From assembly GCA_016181175.1 (NCBI GenBank), contig JACOZV010000004.1, positions 7,718 to 71,717 of the forward strand: DNA of 64,000 bases, given 5' to 3'. Under the pieces are notes generated by a model. That model had not been told where the DNA came from, ran no database searches, and worked only from the letters and a program-made list of their open reading frames with translations. The position numbers were made by a program, and so were the translations under genes. Origin of the DNA: Candidatus Yanofskybacteria bacterium. GTDB lineage: Bacteria; Patescibacteriota; Minisyncoccia; 2-02-FULL-40-12; IGHO2-01-FULL-4-A. Shown in pieces: positions 7,931 through 18,168 of the stretch (positions are counted from its first letter, which is position 1; the number at the start of each line of letters is the position of its first letter).

Positions 7931-9730
7931 CTATCCGGACCAATGGAATGCTAATATGCTAAAGTCGGCTAAGTTCAAAAGTCCGTCACAGTTCAAGTCA
8001 ACATTAGAACCTTCGGGAACTGTTCTTTTCCACCAGTAAGCCATAATAGAAAAGTCTATTAGATTAATTTTTCCGTCACTATTAATATCGGCGTCGCGGG
8101 AACATTCTTTTTGCGGAACCGCAACGCCGATTCCAAAAGTCACCAGCTGGGAAAAAATGGATTCATCACCGGTTTTTAAAACTTCGGTTTTGGTTTTAAC
8201 AGTATGAATACCCTTCTCCAGACCGATAGTAGAAAAAACCTGTGAATAATCTCCGTTCAACAACGATTTGGTAATATAATCTTTTGGTTCTGATACGACG
8301 CTCACTCTGACTTGGGAATCGGGCACGGAAGACCCGCTAACGGTCAATTGCTCTCCTAGGTTAACGGAGGTTTTATTTAAACTGATTGTCGGCGGCAAAA
8401 CAATATTGGACACTTTTGCGATAGAACCGCTTGTCAAAATTTCCCGCTTAGTAAAGGTTACCGAACGCCGGCCGGTTTTGTCTTGCGCCCAAAATCCAAA
8501 GTTATAACCACCCGCTGATAACCCCGATAAAATAAAGCTGAATTTGCCGCTACTGTCAGCCGTAGTCGCACCGGCATTAGATCCGTCTTTCAAAAAATTA
8601 ATAACTGCCGACGGGTAAGCAAAACCCCCAAACTCCACAGCCGCTGTTGCAAGTATAGACCCGCCGCCGCCACCTCCGCCTCCGCCACTCGAAGCCGGTG
8701 TGGGCGTCGGTGTAGCCGCCGTGGTTCCAAAAATGGCAAATGAACTAAAATTAGCAGTAGAAAAAGTAATTGTTTTATTGGTTGTATTAATTGTCGCTCC
8801 GCTAACCAGTTGCCATGAGGAGTCGCTGGATCCCCAACGATAAGGCGCAAGGGAGCTTTCTGTAATACCGCTTACATCCGAACTGGAATAACTAAGAGTA
8901 ATGGTAGCCGGAATAGAAATGGCGCTTATCTGGTCTCCGGTACTTGGATGAAAAATGTTAAAGTCGTATGTTTTGCCGACAAAGTTTTTTTGGGAAGGCG
9001 CCGGTTTGCTGGAAGCAAAATAACTATTTGGAAAAGAATTTGCGACGAGTTGAACCGTCTGTGTGTAGAAGTTCTGAGGAAAATCAAGAACAGCGGTCGT
9101 ACCGCCGCTGTTGGTTAAAGTAAGAGCATTTCTGGTGGCCACATTAAAAGTAGAGGCATTGGCCGCTTCTGCTATGCTACTTGAGACGGGAGTAACACTT
9201 TTTTCATTAGAGGTAGCGACAACATTGCCCACCCCGTCTTTTGTTTCAATTTTAAAAGTATAATCGGAGTTATTAGTTAAACTTGATTTTTGATAGAAAA
9301 TAACATTCCCTACGTTTTGGCACGAATAAGTTCCGCCTGAAGTTAATTTTGTGCAAACATTATATCCACCAACAGAAAAACCCTGGGATGCCGAAGCCGG
9401 TGTCCAAGAAAGAAAAGCTTCGGCATTCCCCTTTAAAGCAGTATGCAATATTGGAGCTGTTACTTTCGGAAAATACAAAAACCCACTTCTCAAACCAAAG
9501 TTAGTAATTGAAGAACTGCCGATGGCTAAGTCGCCGACCGTTGCTCTCAAAATAAAACTTGACGAGCTTGACGAAGCTGTACCGCCGAAAATCGAATGTT
9601 GTGAGTCCAAAATCCTAAAATTATCGGAAGATAAACTCGCGCCAATAGAAATTTCGGCCGAGACAAAATCAGGGATTAGAAATACCAAAAACAATATTAT
9701 TAACACCAATAAACCCTTGTAATGGCTCAC
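7931..9730 (-). CDS. secreted repeat protein with C-terminal dockerin-like module
   Basis: Signal peptide. A Ser/Gly-rich repeat region. The C-terminus DINSDGKINLIDFSIMAYWW...DLNCDGLLNLADFSILAFHW is a duplicated dockerin-type Ca-binding repeat. Confidence 0.7.
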   Translation of the reverse strand: MSHYKGLLVLIILFLVFLIPDFVSAEISIGASLSSDNFRILDSQHSIFGGTASSSSSSFILRATVGDLAIGSSSITNFGLRSGFLYFPKVTAPILHTALKGNAEAFLSWTPASASQGFSVGGYNVCTKLTSGGTYSCQNVGNVIFYQKSSLTNNSDYTFKIETKDGVGNVVATSNEKSVTPVSSSIAEAANASTFNVATRNALTLTNSGGTTAVLDFPQNFYTQTVQLVANSFPNSYFASSKPAPSQKNFVGKTYDFNIFHPSTGDQISAISIPATITLSYSSSDVSGITESSLAPYRWGSSDSSWQLVSGATINTTNKTITFSTANFSSFAIFGTTAATPTPTPASSGGGGGGGGGSILATAAVEFGGFAYPSAVINFLKDGSNAGATTADSSGKFSFILSGLSAGGYNFGFWAQDKTGRRSVTFTKREILTSGSIAKVSNIVLPPTISLNKTSVNLGEQLTVSGSSVPDSQVRVSVVSEPKDYITKSLLNGDYSQVFSTIGLEKGIHTVKTKTEVLKTGDESIFSQLVTFGIGVAVPQKECSRDADINSDGKINLIDFSIMAYWWKRTVPEGSNVDLNCDGLLNLADFSILAFHWSG

Positions 9731-9746
9731 TTGCTAATTTTAACAC

Positions 9747-9773
9747 AAAACCGCCGCAAAAGCGGCGGTTTTA
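9747..9773. terminator. bidirectional terminator hairpin aaaaccgccgc-aaaa-gcggcggtttt
   Basis: Perfect stem flanked by A- and T-runs. Confidence 0.7.
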
Positions 9774-9790
9774 TCAACAAATTTAAAATT

Positions 9791-10237
9791 TTACTTATTT
9801 CCTATGCTTATAGGGGCTACTTCTACAATTTTATTGTTATCCGGGTCATAGAGGATGGCTTTTTTAGCATTGGCATACAGCAAAAGCTTGTCGCCCTTTT
9901 TTGCTTTCACGAAGAATTGCTGGTCTTTTAATTTTTCCGGATCTGAAACAGTGGCAACAGTCGGCGTTTCTCCTTCGGGCAATATGATAAGTTTGGAAAT
10001 TTGAGCAACCAACTTGGCTGTTTCTTCCCTGACGATCTTGTTTGGATCTTCTTTTAGCACGGCTGCTTCATTGTAAAAATAAAACGCTAAACCGCTTGTC
10101 GTAAGCGCAAGAAAAACCAAAATGGGAATCAAATGTTTTTTACGCTTGGGTGGTGTTTGAACGGCTAAATCTGTACCTAAGCCTTCGTTATTCATTTCTT
10201 CCTCTACTACAACTTCATTATTTATATGTTTACTCAT
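9791..10237 (-). CDS. hypothetical membrane-anchored protein
   Basis: A charged N-terminus, one TM helix (LIPILVFLALTTSGLAFYFY), then a soluble domain. Confidence 0.55.
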   Translation of the reverse strand: MSKHINNEVVVEEEMNNEGLGTDLAVQTPPKRKKHLIPILVFLALTTSGLAFYFYNEAAVLKEDPNKIVREETAKLVAQISKLIILPEGETPTVATVSDPEKLKDQQFFVKAKKGDKLLLYANAKKAILYDPDNNKIVEVAPISIGNK

Positions 10238-10296
10238 ATCAATATACTACTTAACTAATTTTTAACTTTCAAGACGACTGTGGATAACTTCTGCTT

Positions 10297-12393
10297 TTAC
10301 TGATTCGTTTTAGGATTTAGATAGCCCTGAAGCTGGTTTAAATAGTTTGTGGTGTCATAGCGGTCCGGATCAAGATATAAAGATTTTTGAAACGAGTCTT
10401 CCGCTTTTTCAAACTGACCAGTCCTGAAATAAGCTAGACCAAGCCACATATAACTCTCTGGGGTTTTCTCGCCCATATCAATCGCGTTCTCCAGAAAAAT
10501 AATCGCCGAAATTAAACTCTGGGGATCATTCTTCCACACTTTAATAGAACCCATATACAACCAAACCCAGCTGTTTTTAGGATATTCGGCCACTACTTTT
10601 TTCAAGACAGAAGTGGACAAATTTTCACTGCCCATTAAATAAATAAACCGGCCGGCAATAATTCTATCTAACACATCATCGGACGTCAGCATGTGGTTAA
10701 TTCTCTCGTTGAGATTTCCAGGAGTACTAAATTTATTAATAACTTCACTGTTCTGAGGAATGTTTCTCAAAAGAATTACTGCATAAGAATCAATATAAAC
10801 TAATGACCATAATGGATCGCGCAAGCGCCTCAATAAAAAACTTCCCACAACCGGACTTCCGTCCCGCAAACTTATAAATATCGCGTTCAGGTTATATTTA
10901 TCCCGCGCTTCAATCCATTTTTCTTCACTTGATAGCGCCGGTATGAAAACATCATCAAAAAAAGAAACAGGATAAGAATCGGCTCCATTGTTGTCAACAA
11001 AAACACGCTCTTTAGGAAATAAGTGATAAATAATATAACCTCCGATATCATAATCATTAAAAATAGGACCTTTTAAGTTATTATTCTTGAAAAATTCTCC
11101 GGCATCATTTGAGTGGCGACCTAATCCAATGCCCCAGTCATTCTTATATCCCCGCGAAGCCGCATCCGCATTCAAATCATAAGCCTTATAAGGATAAACA
11201 GCAGAGATAATGACAACTAAACTATACCCTAACACGACTGCCAATTTTGGCCTTTTTTGCCTTAACCAATTTTTTATCGCAAGAAAAACACCATTAAAAT
11301 TAGACGAAACCGCGGGTAAAAATATAAACGCAAAAAGAGTAATTAATCTAATTTGGTTAAGTCCCGCGACGGCGCTAGCAAGTCCGGCCAATAAAAAGAA
11401 TATCGGTTTGTTTTTGTAGCGAAAACCAAAAATGGAACTAAAAAGAAAAATAAATACCATGGGCGCAAATGGCGAATTGAAAATATCCCACGAAAAAATA
11501 CTGGCTTTCAAATTAAAAAATGGCTGGTTTTCGCTTACCGAAAATGAGGCATAGTGAAATTTAATTTTAAGCGGAGCAAGCGCTCCTTCTAAGCCGTTGG
11601 GGTTGATAAATATTACAGCGAACAGTATAAACAGGACCGAAAGTAATTTTTTAACCACCGGATCATTTCGCAAATTTTTTAAATTTATTCTCCAATCCGC
11701 CAGCCGCCCGAATTGGCGGAGGCGGATTTTGGGCATATATAAAACAACTTTCTCAAACAAAAATCCGGCAACCAGAACGATGCCGAGAAAAAAGAAAAGA
11801 TGAAAATTAACCCACAAAAGCTGAAGCGGAATAAGCCAAAAAATCCTTTTTCTTTCCGGATGTTTTTCCAGGTCAAACAGCAAATAAAGAAACAGGGCGA
11901 GAAAAAGATAACTGAACATTTCCGGCCGTATTCTGTTGCGGCCCGCCAAGATCAAAATAGTCGGCAAAGAAAAAACCGCCACCAACCAAAAGTTAGCTTT
12001 TTTCATTGCTGCAATAAAAAGAATAGCGAAAGCGGAAAGAAGAATCGCGGTTTTTAAAATAGTCAATGCCCCAAAGCCGAAGATTTCGGACACGAGATAA
12101 AAAACAACGCTACTCATCCAGTGATGGTCGTATACAGGATGGTCCGGCACCGTAAAAGAATAGATGTTATTTCTAAATACATTTTGAGTTTCCCAAATCG
12201 TTTTGCCGTCCATAATATACAGACCGGTGTCGTTATCCATGTGCGGCAAACTTATCTTAATAAGCAAAAAAGAGGCATAAAAAGCCAGAATGATAATAAA
12301 AATCAGAATTTTCTTATAATCGGCGGGAATCAAATTCTTCATAAAACATTTTAGAGATAGCGCCAATGACATTGGAAAGTTTTTCAATGTCAT
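10297..12393 (-). CDS. polytopic membrane protein, GT-C-type glycosyltransferase-like, with C-terminal TPR repeats
   Basis: More than 10 predicted TM helices. The C-terminal TPR region includes YMWLGLAYFRTGQFEKAEDSFQKSLYLDPD. The start is uncertain (internal Mets at 12372 and 12342). Confidence 0.5.
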   Translation of the reverse strand: MTLKNFPMSLALSLKCFMKNLIPADYKKILIFIIILAFYASFLLIKISLPHMDNDTGLYIMDGKTIWETQNVFRNNIYSFTVPDHPVYDHHWMSSVVFYLVSEIFGFGALTILKTAILLSAFAILFIAAMKKANFWLVAVFSLPTILILAGRNRIRPEMFSYLFLALFLYLLFDLEKHPERKRIFWLIPLQLLWVNFHLFFFLGIVLVAGFLFEKVVLYMPKIRLRQFGRLADWRINLKNLRNDPVVKKLLSVLFILFAVIFINPNGLEGALAPLKIKFHYASFSVSENQPFFNLKASIFSWDIFNSPFAPMVFIFLFSSIFGFRYKNKPIFFLLAGLASAVAGLNQIRLITLFAFIFLPAVSSNFNGVFLAIKNWLRQKRPKLAVVLGYSLVVIISAVYPYKAYDLNADAASRGYKNDWGIGLGRHSNDAGEFFKNNNLKGPIFNDYDIGGYIIYHLFPKERVFVDNNGADSYPVSFFDDVFIPALSSEEKWIEARDKYNLNAIFISLRDGSPVVGSFLLRRLRDPLWSLVYIDSYAVILLRNIPQNSEVINKFSTPGNLNERINHMLTSDDVLDRIIAGRFIYLMGSENLSTSVLKKVVAEYPKNSWVWLYMGSIKVWKNDPQSLISAIIFLENAIDMGEKTPESYMWLGLAYFRTGQFEKAEDSFQKSLYLDPDRYDTTNYLNQLQGYLNPKTNQ

Positions 12394-13303
12394 GACCGCG
12401 CGTCATTACGCAAAGAAGGTACGGATTTTTAGGGTAATATACGATACCGCAATCATGGAGTTGTTTTATGCCACCCTCAAACCCGGTTCGCTCCCCGAAT
12501 TTATGCGCTACCGAAATTTCGGGGGGAACCCCAGCTACAATACCAATATTAAAATCTGTATTTGCCAGAAATTCTAATGTCTTTTCTGAAGTTTCTTTAT
12601 TCCTAAAAAATGATGCGTGGTAAAGCTGAATAAATATTGAGGAGTATGATTTTACGCTTATTACTTCGTCACGCTCTCCTCTTGGACTGACAATGCCCAA
12701 ATCTTGAATCGTTTCAGTAAAAACATCTGTATTTGGATAGGCCTGAATTAAATATTTAGTCAAAACAATGTATGCCTTATTGTCAGAATATTTAATCAGA
12801 CGCTTAAGCAAATCGTTTACAGAATAAGATTCATTTTCTTGAATTGATTCTTTTGGAGAAATTAATTGCTCAAAAATCACTTCTTTTGTCGTATGGTATG
12901 TTAATTTTTTTTCGAGCAACTCTGGTTTGTCCTCGGCAAAATTTAAATAGGTTATAAGCAGGGGCACCTTAAGTAAGCTGGCCGGGGCAAAAACGGCATG
13001 GTCATCAATACCCAGTGTCGGACCGCTCACAAGGTCTCTAAAATAAATGGACACATTAGTAATTTCTTTCTCTTTTATTTTAGAATCAATGAATTCTTCA
13101 ATCCTGCTCTTTAAGTCAGCATAAGCATGTTTTTTTATAACAAAAGAGTTATCGCAAGCCAGTTCTTTATTAATAAATTTAAACCTAGATTGATTACAAA
13201 AAAGATTAATATCAATAATATTAAATTTGTTTGCCAAAAATCCTCCTCCAAAAAGAATGAAAATAATAAGAAGGGTATTTGAAAACCTAAACCCAAAAAG
13301 CAT
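12314..13303 (-). CDS. class A beta-lactamase-like serine hydrolase (PBP fold)
   Basis: SxxK (PASLLKVP), SDN (YSDNKAY) and a degenerate KTG-like box (HKFGERTG), after an N-terminal TM/signal segment. Confidence 0.55.
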   Translation of the reverse strand: MLFGFRFSNTLLIIFILFGGGFLANKFNIIDINLFCNQSRFKFINKELACDNSFVIKKHAYADLKSRIEEFIDSKIKEKEITNVSIYFRDLVSGPTLGIDDHAVFAPASLLKVPLLITYLNFAEDKPELLEKKLTYHTTKEVIFEQLISPKESIQENESYSVNDLLKRLIKYSDNKAYIVLTKYLIQAYPNTDVFTETIQDLGIVSPRGERDEVISVKSYSSIFIQLYHASFFRNKETSEKTLEFLANTDFNIGIVAGVPPEISVAHKFGERTGFEGGIKQLHDCGIVYYPKNPYLLCVMTRGHDIEKLSNVIGAISKMFYEEFDSRRL

Positions 13304-13339
13304 CTTTTCAGTTTAAACTAAAATAAGAGTTTTTCAAAT

Positions 13340-15337
13340 TTAAGTGTCCGGTGAAGTTTCCGAAAGCGGAGATTCTTCTGACGGAGGCGGCTCTGGCGTT
13401 GCTTGCGGTAAGCTTGTTGAATCCGGTTCAGGAGTTGGCTCTTCCACTGGAGGTTGAACCTCTACTTGAGGTTCAACCTCGGCGGATGGCGTAGGTTCCG
13501 GAGGTGGCGATTCTTCTATTATTGGCTCCGCCGTGGACTCTTCGGATACGGATGGTTCTGATTCTGAAGTCGGTTCTATGCTCGACTCCGGAGTTGCCAA
13601 AGATTCGTAATCTTTTGAAGGAATTGGCGTCGGTTCTGGCTGTGAATTATTGAGGATACTCGGAATAACCGAACACTCACCCGGTATGTGAACCAGTTGT
13701 CCCCTTGTCATTCTTACGCAATACGGCTCCCCTGTTTCGGTATCATAAAACGTAATGCCGTTTGGCCGGTCTCGACTCCCTATGGTTAGCGAGTCGGCTT
13801 TAAGCGCCCCTGAGAAAAACGCATTACCTAAACTGTCAAAGGTAATTACCGGCGGACCAGTGCCTCGCCCCAAGCTTGAAGGACCAAATGAAGTAGAGAA
13901 TGAATCTGAAGCAACATTGAAAATACTAAATACGCCGCCATTGGCCAATTTAAACCCGACATCATCATCCACCGGCTCAATGATGTTCACGACCAGCGTA
14001 TCAGTTAAGACCCGCGGTGAAATAATTTCCAATCCGGCTATTATTCTATCAGTATATATTTCCGACAAAGATGTGCTGGCTGTTATTTCCTGCTTGTGAC
14101 TTAACATCTGGGCCAGTACCAGGCGCCCGATATCAATATCTTCTGGTATCTCATCCATATTGACCCCATATTTGCCAAGAACCGACTTTGTCCTGGCTCC
14201 GGTAGAATATGTTGTGGAAATGAACATTAAGATTTTACCTTGGTCTTCAGGAAAACCATCAGATTGGCTAGCAACACTGACGTCAAAATCTTCCAATGCC
14301 GAACCAATTATTAATCCCGCTTTATCAGTCCTTACTGCGACACCCGGAACATCGGATGCGGTAAGCAAATCGCCTTTTTTAATTTCACCATTTGCAGTTG
14401 AAACCTTAACAAGCGCCGTTCCCGACAAAGCTACGGGTTGGGTATCCGACGGCCTTTGGTCGTTCAGGTCTTTATTCATTATTTGAAATGGATCAGTAGA
14501 GATAACCCCAACTACACGGTCTTCAGGGGTTGCTTTTTTAAGAACTGCTGTTTTCTGGAGACCTTGTTTTGAGTCATATGAGGTGTCATTGGGGCCTACA
14601 GCCACCACATCACCGGGCTCTACACCATCTTCAACCACGAAATATTCTGCCAAGTCGGAACCATTGGTACCCGAAAGAGCCCAGACGATAACTGCACCGG
14701 CTGCTCCGGCGGCACCTTTTCCAAGGTTTGCAGAACCACCGCCTCCAGCGCCACCTGGAGCTGCTCCGATTGTTCCATTGCCATTATGAGCTGAGCCAGC
14801 CCCCGAACCCCCGCCGCCACCCGCACCACCCATCGGACTTCCTCCACCATCGCCGCCACCGGCGCCGGCAACTGCGGCAAAACCTGAACCGCCATTGCTT
14901 CCGCTTAGATTTAAGGTACCGCCAATTGCACTCCCCCCCACACCACCAACACCATTGGCAAGTCCTAATCCCCCGCCATTACCTTGAATATTAGCCCCAC
15001 CATTAAGTGCGCCTGTAAATCTGCTTAAATTTCCAACAACTCCGACGGTGCCACCGGTACCAACAACGATAGACACATTTCCGTTGACAGCCGTTATTCC
15101 CGCACTATACCCACCACCACCACCACCACCACCACCGTTTATCGCCGCAGCATTATTTCCACCAGCACCGCCGCCCCATACTTCCACATAAACCTGATTA
15201 ACATACGCCTGTTTAACCCAATTGCCATTAGCAGTGAAGGCGTTTATAGCTTCAATACCAAATCCCGCATCACCGCTACCAGCAGAGGTATCATCATCAC
15301 CACACGAAAATTTTCCTGTTGTTATATCCCAACCCAA
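13340..15337 (-). CDS. glycine-rich tail-fibre-like protein, C-terminal segment (frame C), with Pro/Glu/Ser-rich tail
   Basis: ORF call; the 'start' is a TTG artefact. This frame stays open upstream to about 15495 (PDPGFNFDSSLYIFDISKGLHALAALTSVGSASFNGG...). It contains long GGxGG tracts. Confidence 0.55.
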   Translation of the reverse strand: MGWDITTGKFSCGDDDTSAGSGDAGFGIEAINAFTANGNWVKQAYVNQVYVEVWGGGAGGNNAAAINGGGGGGGGGYSAGITAVNGNVSIVVGTGGTVGVVGNLSRFTGALNGGANIQGNGGGLGLANGVGGVGGSAIGGTLNLSGSNGGSGFAAVAGAGGGDGGGSPMGGAGGGGGSGAGSAHNGNGTIGAAPGGAGGGGSANLGKGAAGAAGAVIVWALSGTNGSDLAEYFVVEDGVEPGDVVAVGPNDTSYDSKQGLQKTAVLKKATPEDRVVGVISTDPFQIMNKDLNDQRPSDTQPVALSGTALVKVSTANGEIKKGDLLTASDVPGVAVRTDKAGLIIGSALEDFDVSVASQSDGFPEDQGKILMFISTTYSTGARTKSVLGKYGVNMDEIPEDIDIGRLVLAQMLSHKQEITASTSLSEIYTDRIIAGLEIISPRVLTDTLVVNIIEPVDDDVGFKLANGGVFSIFNVASDSFSTSFGPSSLGRGTGPPVITFDSLGNAFFSGALKADSLTIGSRDRPNGITFYDTETGEPYCVRMTRGQLVHIPGECSVIPSILNNSQPEPTPIPSKDYESLATPESSIEPTSESEPSVSEESTAEPIIEESPPPEPTPSAEVEPQVEVQPPVEEPTPEPDSTSLPQATPEPPPSEESPLSETSPDT

Positions 15338-15363
15338 TGTTTGGGTATCACCATCGCAATCAA

Positions 15364-16131
15364 CTAACCCCGAACCTCTGACTCCCCCGTTAAAGGAAGC
15401 TGAACCGACTGAAGTAAGGGCGGCCAGAGCGTGAAGTCCTTTGGATATGTCGAAAATGTAAAGGCTTGAGTCAAAGTTGAATCCAGGGTCAGGTCATCGC
15501 CGGTCAAGGTGAGATCGGTGCCGGCGGTAAGATTGGTGTGATTTGATATGTCTATGCCTTGGGAAGCTATGGTTAGGGTTGGAAAGGCGGTGAAAGTTAA
15601 GGCTCCGCCCAGACCGGCTAATACAGTGGCGCCGGCTGAATCATCCCACATGAAGAATCTGTCGGCGTTGGGGTCGGTAAGAGTGGCTCCAGTGCCGCCG
15701 TCGGCTAAAGAAACATCTGTGCCGCCGACTGTGTAGACGTTGGATCCGCCTATTGTAAGGGCGGAAACGCTGGCGGTTTTTATCTCAAGAGTATTACTGA
15801 ATTGATTGGAAGCGTTACTGAATGTCCAGCTTCCGGTGATAGTTTCATTGGCGGCACGACTTGCAGGACCGGTAGTCCAGTCTAATGTGATGGTGCCGTT
15901 GGAAGCGGTATTGCTGAAATTGAACATGTTAGCATCGAATTGTAAGGAAGCGATGGCGAAATATGTGCCGGCGGTTACGGCGATGTCTAAGCCGTCGGAA
16001 ACGTTGCCGCCTGAACCGCCGCCGGTATTCGGCGGAAGGCCAGGTATATGTAACGCCATTGAATGTGGTGGCGCCGGATATTGAGGCCGTACCGCCAACT
16101 TCAAAAGCGGTATTGGTAAGAGCACCCGCAT
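15364..16131 (-). CDS. tail-fibre-like protein, middle segment (frame B)
   Basis: Contains VSLADGGTGATLTDPNADRFF, which resembles the phage tail-fibre GGTGAT box. It overlaps frame A by about 200 nt. Confidence 0.5.
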   Translation of the reverse strand: MRVLLPIPLLKLAVRPQYPAPPHSMALHIPGLPPNTGGGSGGNVSDGLDIAVTAGTYFAIASLQFDANMFNFSNTASNGTITLDWTTGPASRAANETITGSWTFSNASNQFSNTLEIKTASVSALTIGGSNVYTVGGTDVSLADGGTGATLTDPNADRFFMWDDSAGATVLAGLGGALTFTAFPTLTIASQGIDISNHTNLTAGTDLTLTGDDLTLDSTLTQAFTFSTYPKDFTLWPPLLQSVQLPLTGESEVRG

Positions 16132-16834
16132 TAATACCCAGTTTTGAAAGTGTTGATGTTAACTCTAAACTTCCGGAAATTGAAGCGCTACTTCCAAAAC
16201 TCACAAATCCGTCAAATGAAACTGAACCGTCCACCTCAAGACCACCGGAGATTAGAAGATCGTTAGCGGAATAAATTGCATCGGAATGAGTCGTTGTCGC
16301 TGTCCCGAATCTTGAGTATGAAGCCGTAGTTAGTCCGCCGAACTGACCAACACCAGTCGCGTTCAAAAATCTCCCCCCGTGAACCGTCTCGGCGTTAACC
16401 GCAAATCCGGAAGCAACGATCCTTTGCCTGGGTGACAATGTTTCAAAGTCAACATTGTCATCAGACACCTGAACTTCCAAATAATAGGTCTGAGAATCAA
16501 AATCCAAATTTAACGCGCTATAACTGGCAGACGTATCACCAAGTAAAGTATTAAAAACACCTTGAGTAACTTTTATCGTTATCGCAGTTCCACCGGATGA
16601 CCACAACTCATTATCACCCGTTGCCGTAGAATGGATTTCGAACTTGAAATAAAAGTTAGTTCCGTTTCCGCCAAGAAGATTTCCAGAAGCATCAGCCAGC
16701 CGTCCTTGAAAACTTAAAATTTGAGGAACAGCAGCCGAAGAATGCCACGCAAAAAAAGTAAACGAAAAAACCGCAGTAATCAAAAACAGCGTGAAAAATC
16801 TTTTTAAAATTAAAATTTTCCCTCCTTGTTTCAC
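15929..16834 (-). CDS. tail-fibre-like surface protein, N-terminal segment (frame A) with signal peptide
   Basis: Signal peptide, then PQILSFQGRLADASGNLLGGNGTNFYFKFEIH...LWSS. The ORF ends in an Arg-rich out-of-frame tail (YRRRFRRQRFRRLRHRR), which marks a frameshift near 16035-16050. Confidence 0.55.
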   Translation of the reverse strand: MKQGGKILILKRFFTLFLITAVFSFTFFAWHSSAAVPQILSFQGRLADASGNLLGGNGTNFYFKFEIHSTATGDNELWSSGGTAITIKVTQGVFNTLLGDTSASYSALNLDFDSQTYYLEVQVSDDNVDFETLSPRQRIVASGFAVNAETVHGGRFLNATGVGQFGGLTTASYSRFGTATTTHSDAIYSANDLLISGGLEVDGSVSFDGFVSFGSSASISGSLELTSTLSKLGINAGALTNTAFEVGGTASISGATTFNGVTYTWPSAEYRRRFRRQRFRRLRHRRNRRHIFRHRFLTIRC

Positions 16835-17007
16835 TTATTAGAGAATAAATATATATTCCAATGAATTATATTTTCTCTAGTAATAATTTTAACATTAAAA
16901 CAAGCTTCCTGCTCGACTTTTATCCACAAGTTATTTTATGACATGAACGAAGACATTTTATAAGAATCCGGTTGCTTTATAAAATAAATTGTGATAATCT
17001 AATAATG

Positions 17008-17256
17008 ATGAAACCAGACATTCACCCACAATATTTTGACGCCACAGTCCACTGCGCCTGCGGAAATAAATGGAAAACCGGCTCAACAATGCCGGAGATT
17101 AGCGTGGAAATTTGCAGTCAATGCCATCCTTTCTATACGGGCAAAGAAAAAATGCTTGATACGCGAGGACGAGTTGATAGGTTCAAAAAAAGAATGGGAA
17201 AATCGGATGTTGCAATCAAAAGCAAAACCGTTAAAAAACCTCGCATCAAAAAATAG
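17008..17256 (+). CDS. rpmE: 50S ribosomal protein L31
   Basis: [27 protein letters not shown]...[10 protein letters not shown] carries the CxxC...CxxC zinc ribbon of L31. The called ORF starts at a TTG at 16972. Confidence 0.85.
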   Translation: MKPDIHPQYFDATVHCACGNKWKTGSTMPEISVEICSQCHPFYTGKEKMLDTRGRVDRFKKRMGKSDVAIKSKTVKKPRIKK

Positions 17257-17277
17257 CTTGCCACCTGGCTCTCCTCA

Positions 17278-18168
17278 ATGCCAACAGCTGAAGAACTCAA
17301 AAAAGAACTTGATCAAATTCAAAAACAACTCGCTGATCCCGAGTTTGTTTTAGATTACAAGCGAGTAGCTGAAGCATCTAAGAGATATGCCGAGATTGAA
17401 CGATTGCTTTCCGGCGGCCAGTCAACTAACTCCGGGCAGGGCCGACAAGAAACTATTATTGAAATACGCGCCGGTACCGGTGGCGAGGAAGCGGCCTTGT
17501 TTTCTTCCAGACTTTTTGAAATGTACAAAAAATATGCCGAAACACAGGGTTGGCAAACAAGCGTCCTGGATTACAGTCAAACAACGCTTGGCGGTTATAA
17601 AAACATGGTCTTTGAACTGTCAGGAAAGGAGGTTTATAATAAAATGCGGTATGAGTCAGGCGTTCATAGAGTTCAACGAATTCCCGAAACCGAAAAAAGC
17701 GGACGCGTTCACACTTCAACAGCCACAGTGGCCGTACTCCCCAAAGCAAAGGAAACAGACTTGGAAATTAAACCTGAAGACCTTGAAATATCATTTTACC
17801 GCGCCGGCGGACCGGGAGGGCAAAATGTAAATAAAGTTTCAACCGCAGTAAGATTACTTCACAAACCATCCGGTTTAGTCGTCAGCTCGCAAAAGGAACG
17901 CTCCCAAGCGCGCAACAAGGAAAGCGCGCTGGAAGTCCTGCGATCCAAATTGTTGGATATCAAAAAACGCGAAGAAGTCGGAGCCGTTACCGAGGAACGC
18001 CGCAAACAGATTGGCTCTGCTGAACGCGCCGAAAAAATACGCACTTATAATTTCCCCCAAGACCGCATTACAGATCATCGCATCAAGAAAAGCTGGGGAA
18101 ACATAAGCAAAATACTGGACGGCAATCTTGATGTAATAGTTAATGCGTTGCTGAATATTAAAAATTAA
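17278..18168 (+). CDS. prfA: peptide chain release factor 1
   Basis: GGQ motif ([19 protein letters not shown]), an RF1-type PxT region ([22 protein letters not shown]), and the position after rpmE. Confidence 0.85.
   Translation: MPTAEELKKELDQIQKQLADPEFVLDYKRVAEASKRYAEIERLLSGGQSTNSGQGRQETIIEIRAGTGGEEAALFSSRLFEMYKKYAETQGWQTSVLDYSQTTLGGYKNMVFELSGKEVYNKMRYESGVHRVQRIPETEKSGRVHTSTATVAVLPKAKETDLEIKPEDLEISFYRAGGPGGQNVNKVSTAVRLLHKPSGLVVSSQKERSQARNKESALEVLRSKLLDIKKREEVGAVTEERRKQIGSAERAEKIRTYNFPQDRITDHRIKKSWGNISKILDGNLDVIVNALLNIKN

Noticed and set aside
8641-8700. Poly-glycine (GGGGGGGGG) in the dockerin protein as a slippage tract
   Set aside because: It is encoded by mixed ccgcc/cctcc codons, not a DNA homopolymer, so there is no slipped-strand potential.
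8590-8850. Antisense and alternate-frame ORFs inside large genes (e.g. 8590..8850, 14583..14994, 15963..16274, 17387..18078, 27215..27781, 53033..53791, 55209..55610, 57397..58497)
   Set aside because: They are embedded in well-supported longer CDSs on the other strand or frame. Their products are low-complexity or Arg/Pro-rich, as expected for GC-biased antisense translation.
15929-16040. Arg-rich C-terminal tail (YRRRFRRQRFRRLRHRRNRRH) of ORF 15929..16834
   Set aside because: Out-of-frame read-through after a frameshift. The true continuation is in ORF 15364..16131.
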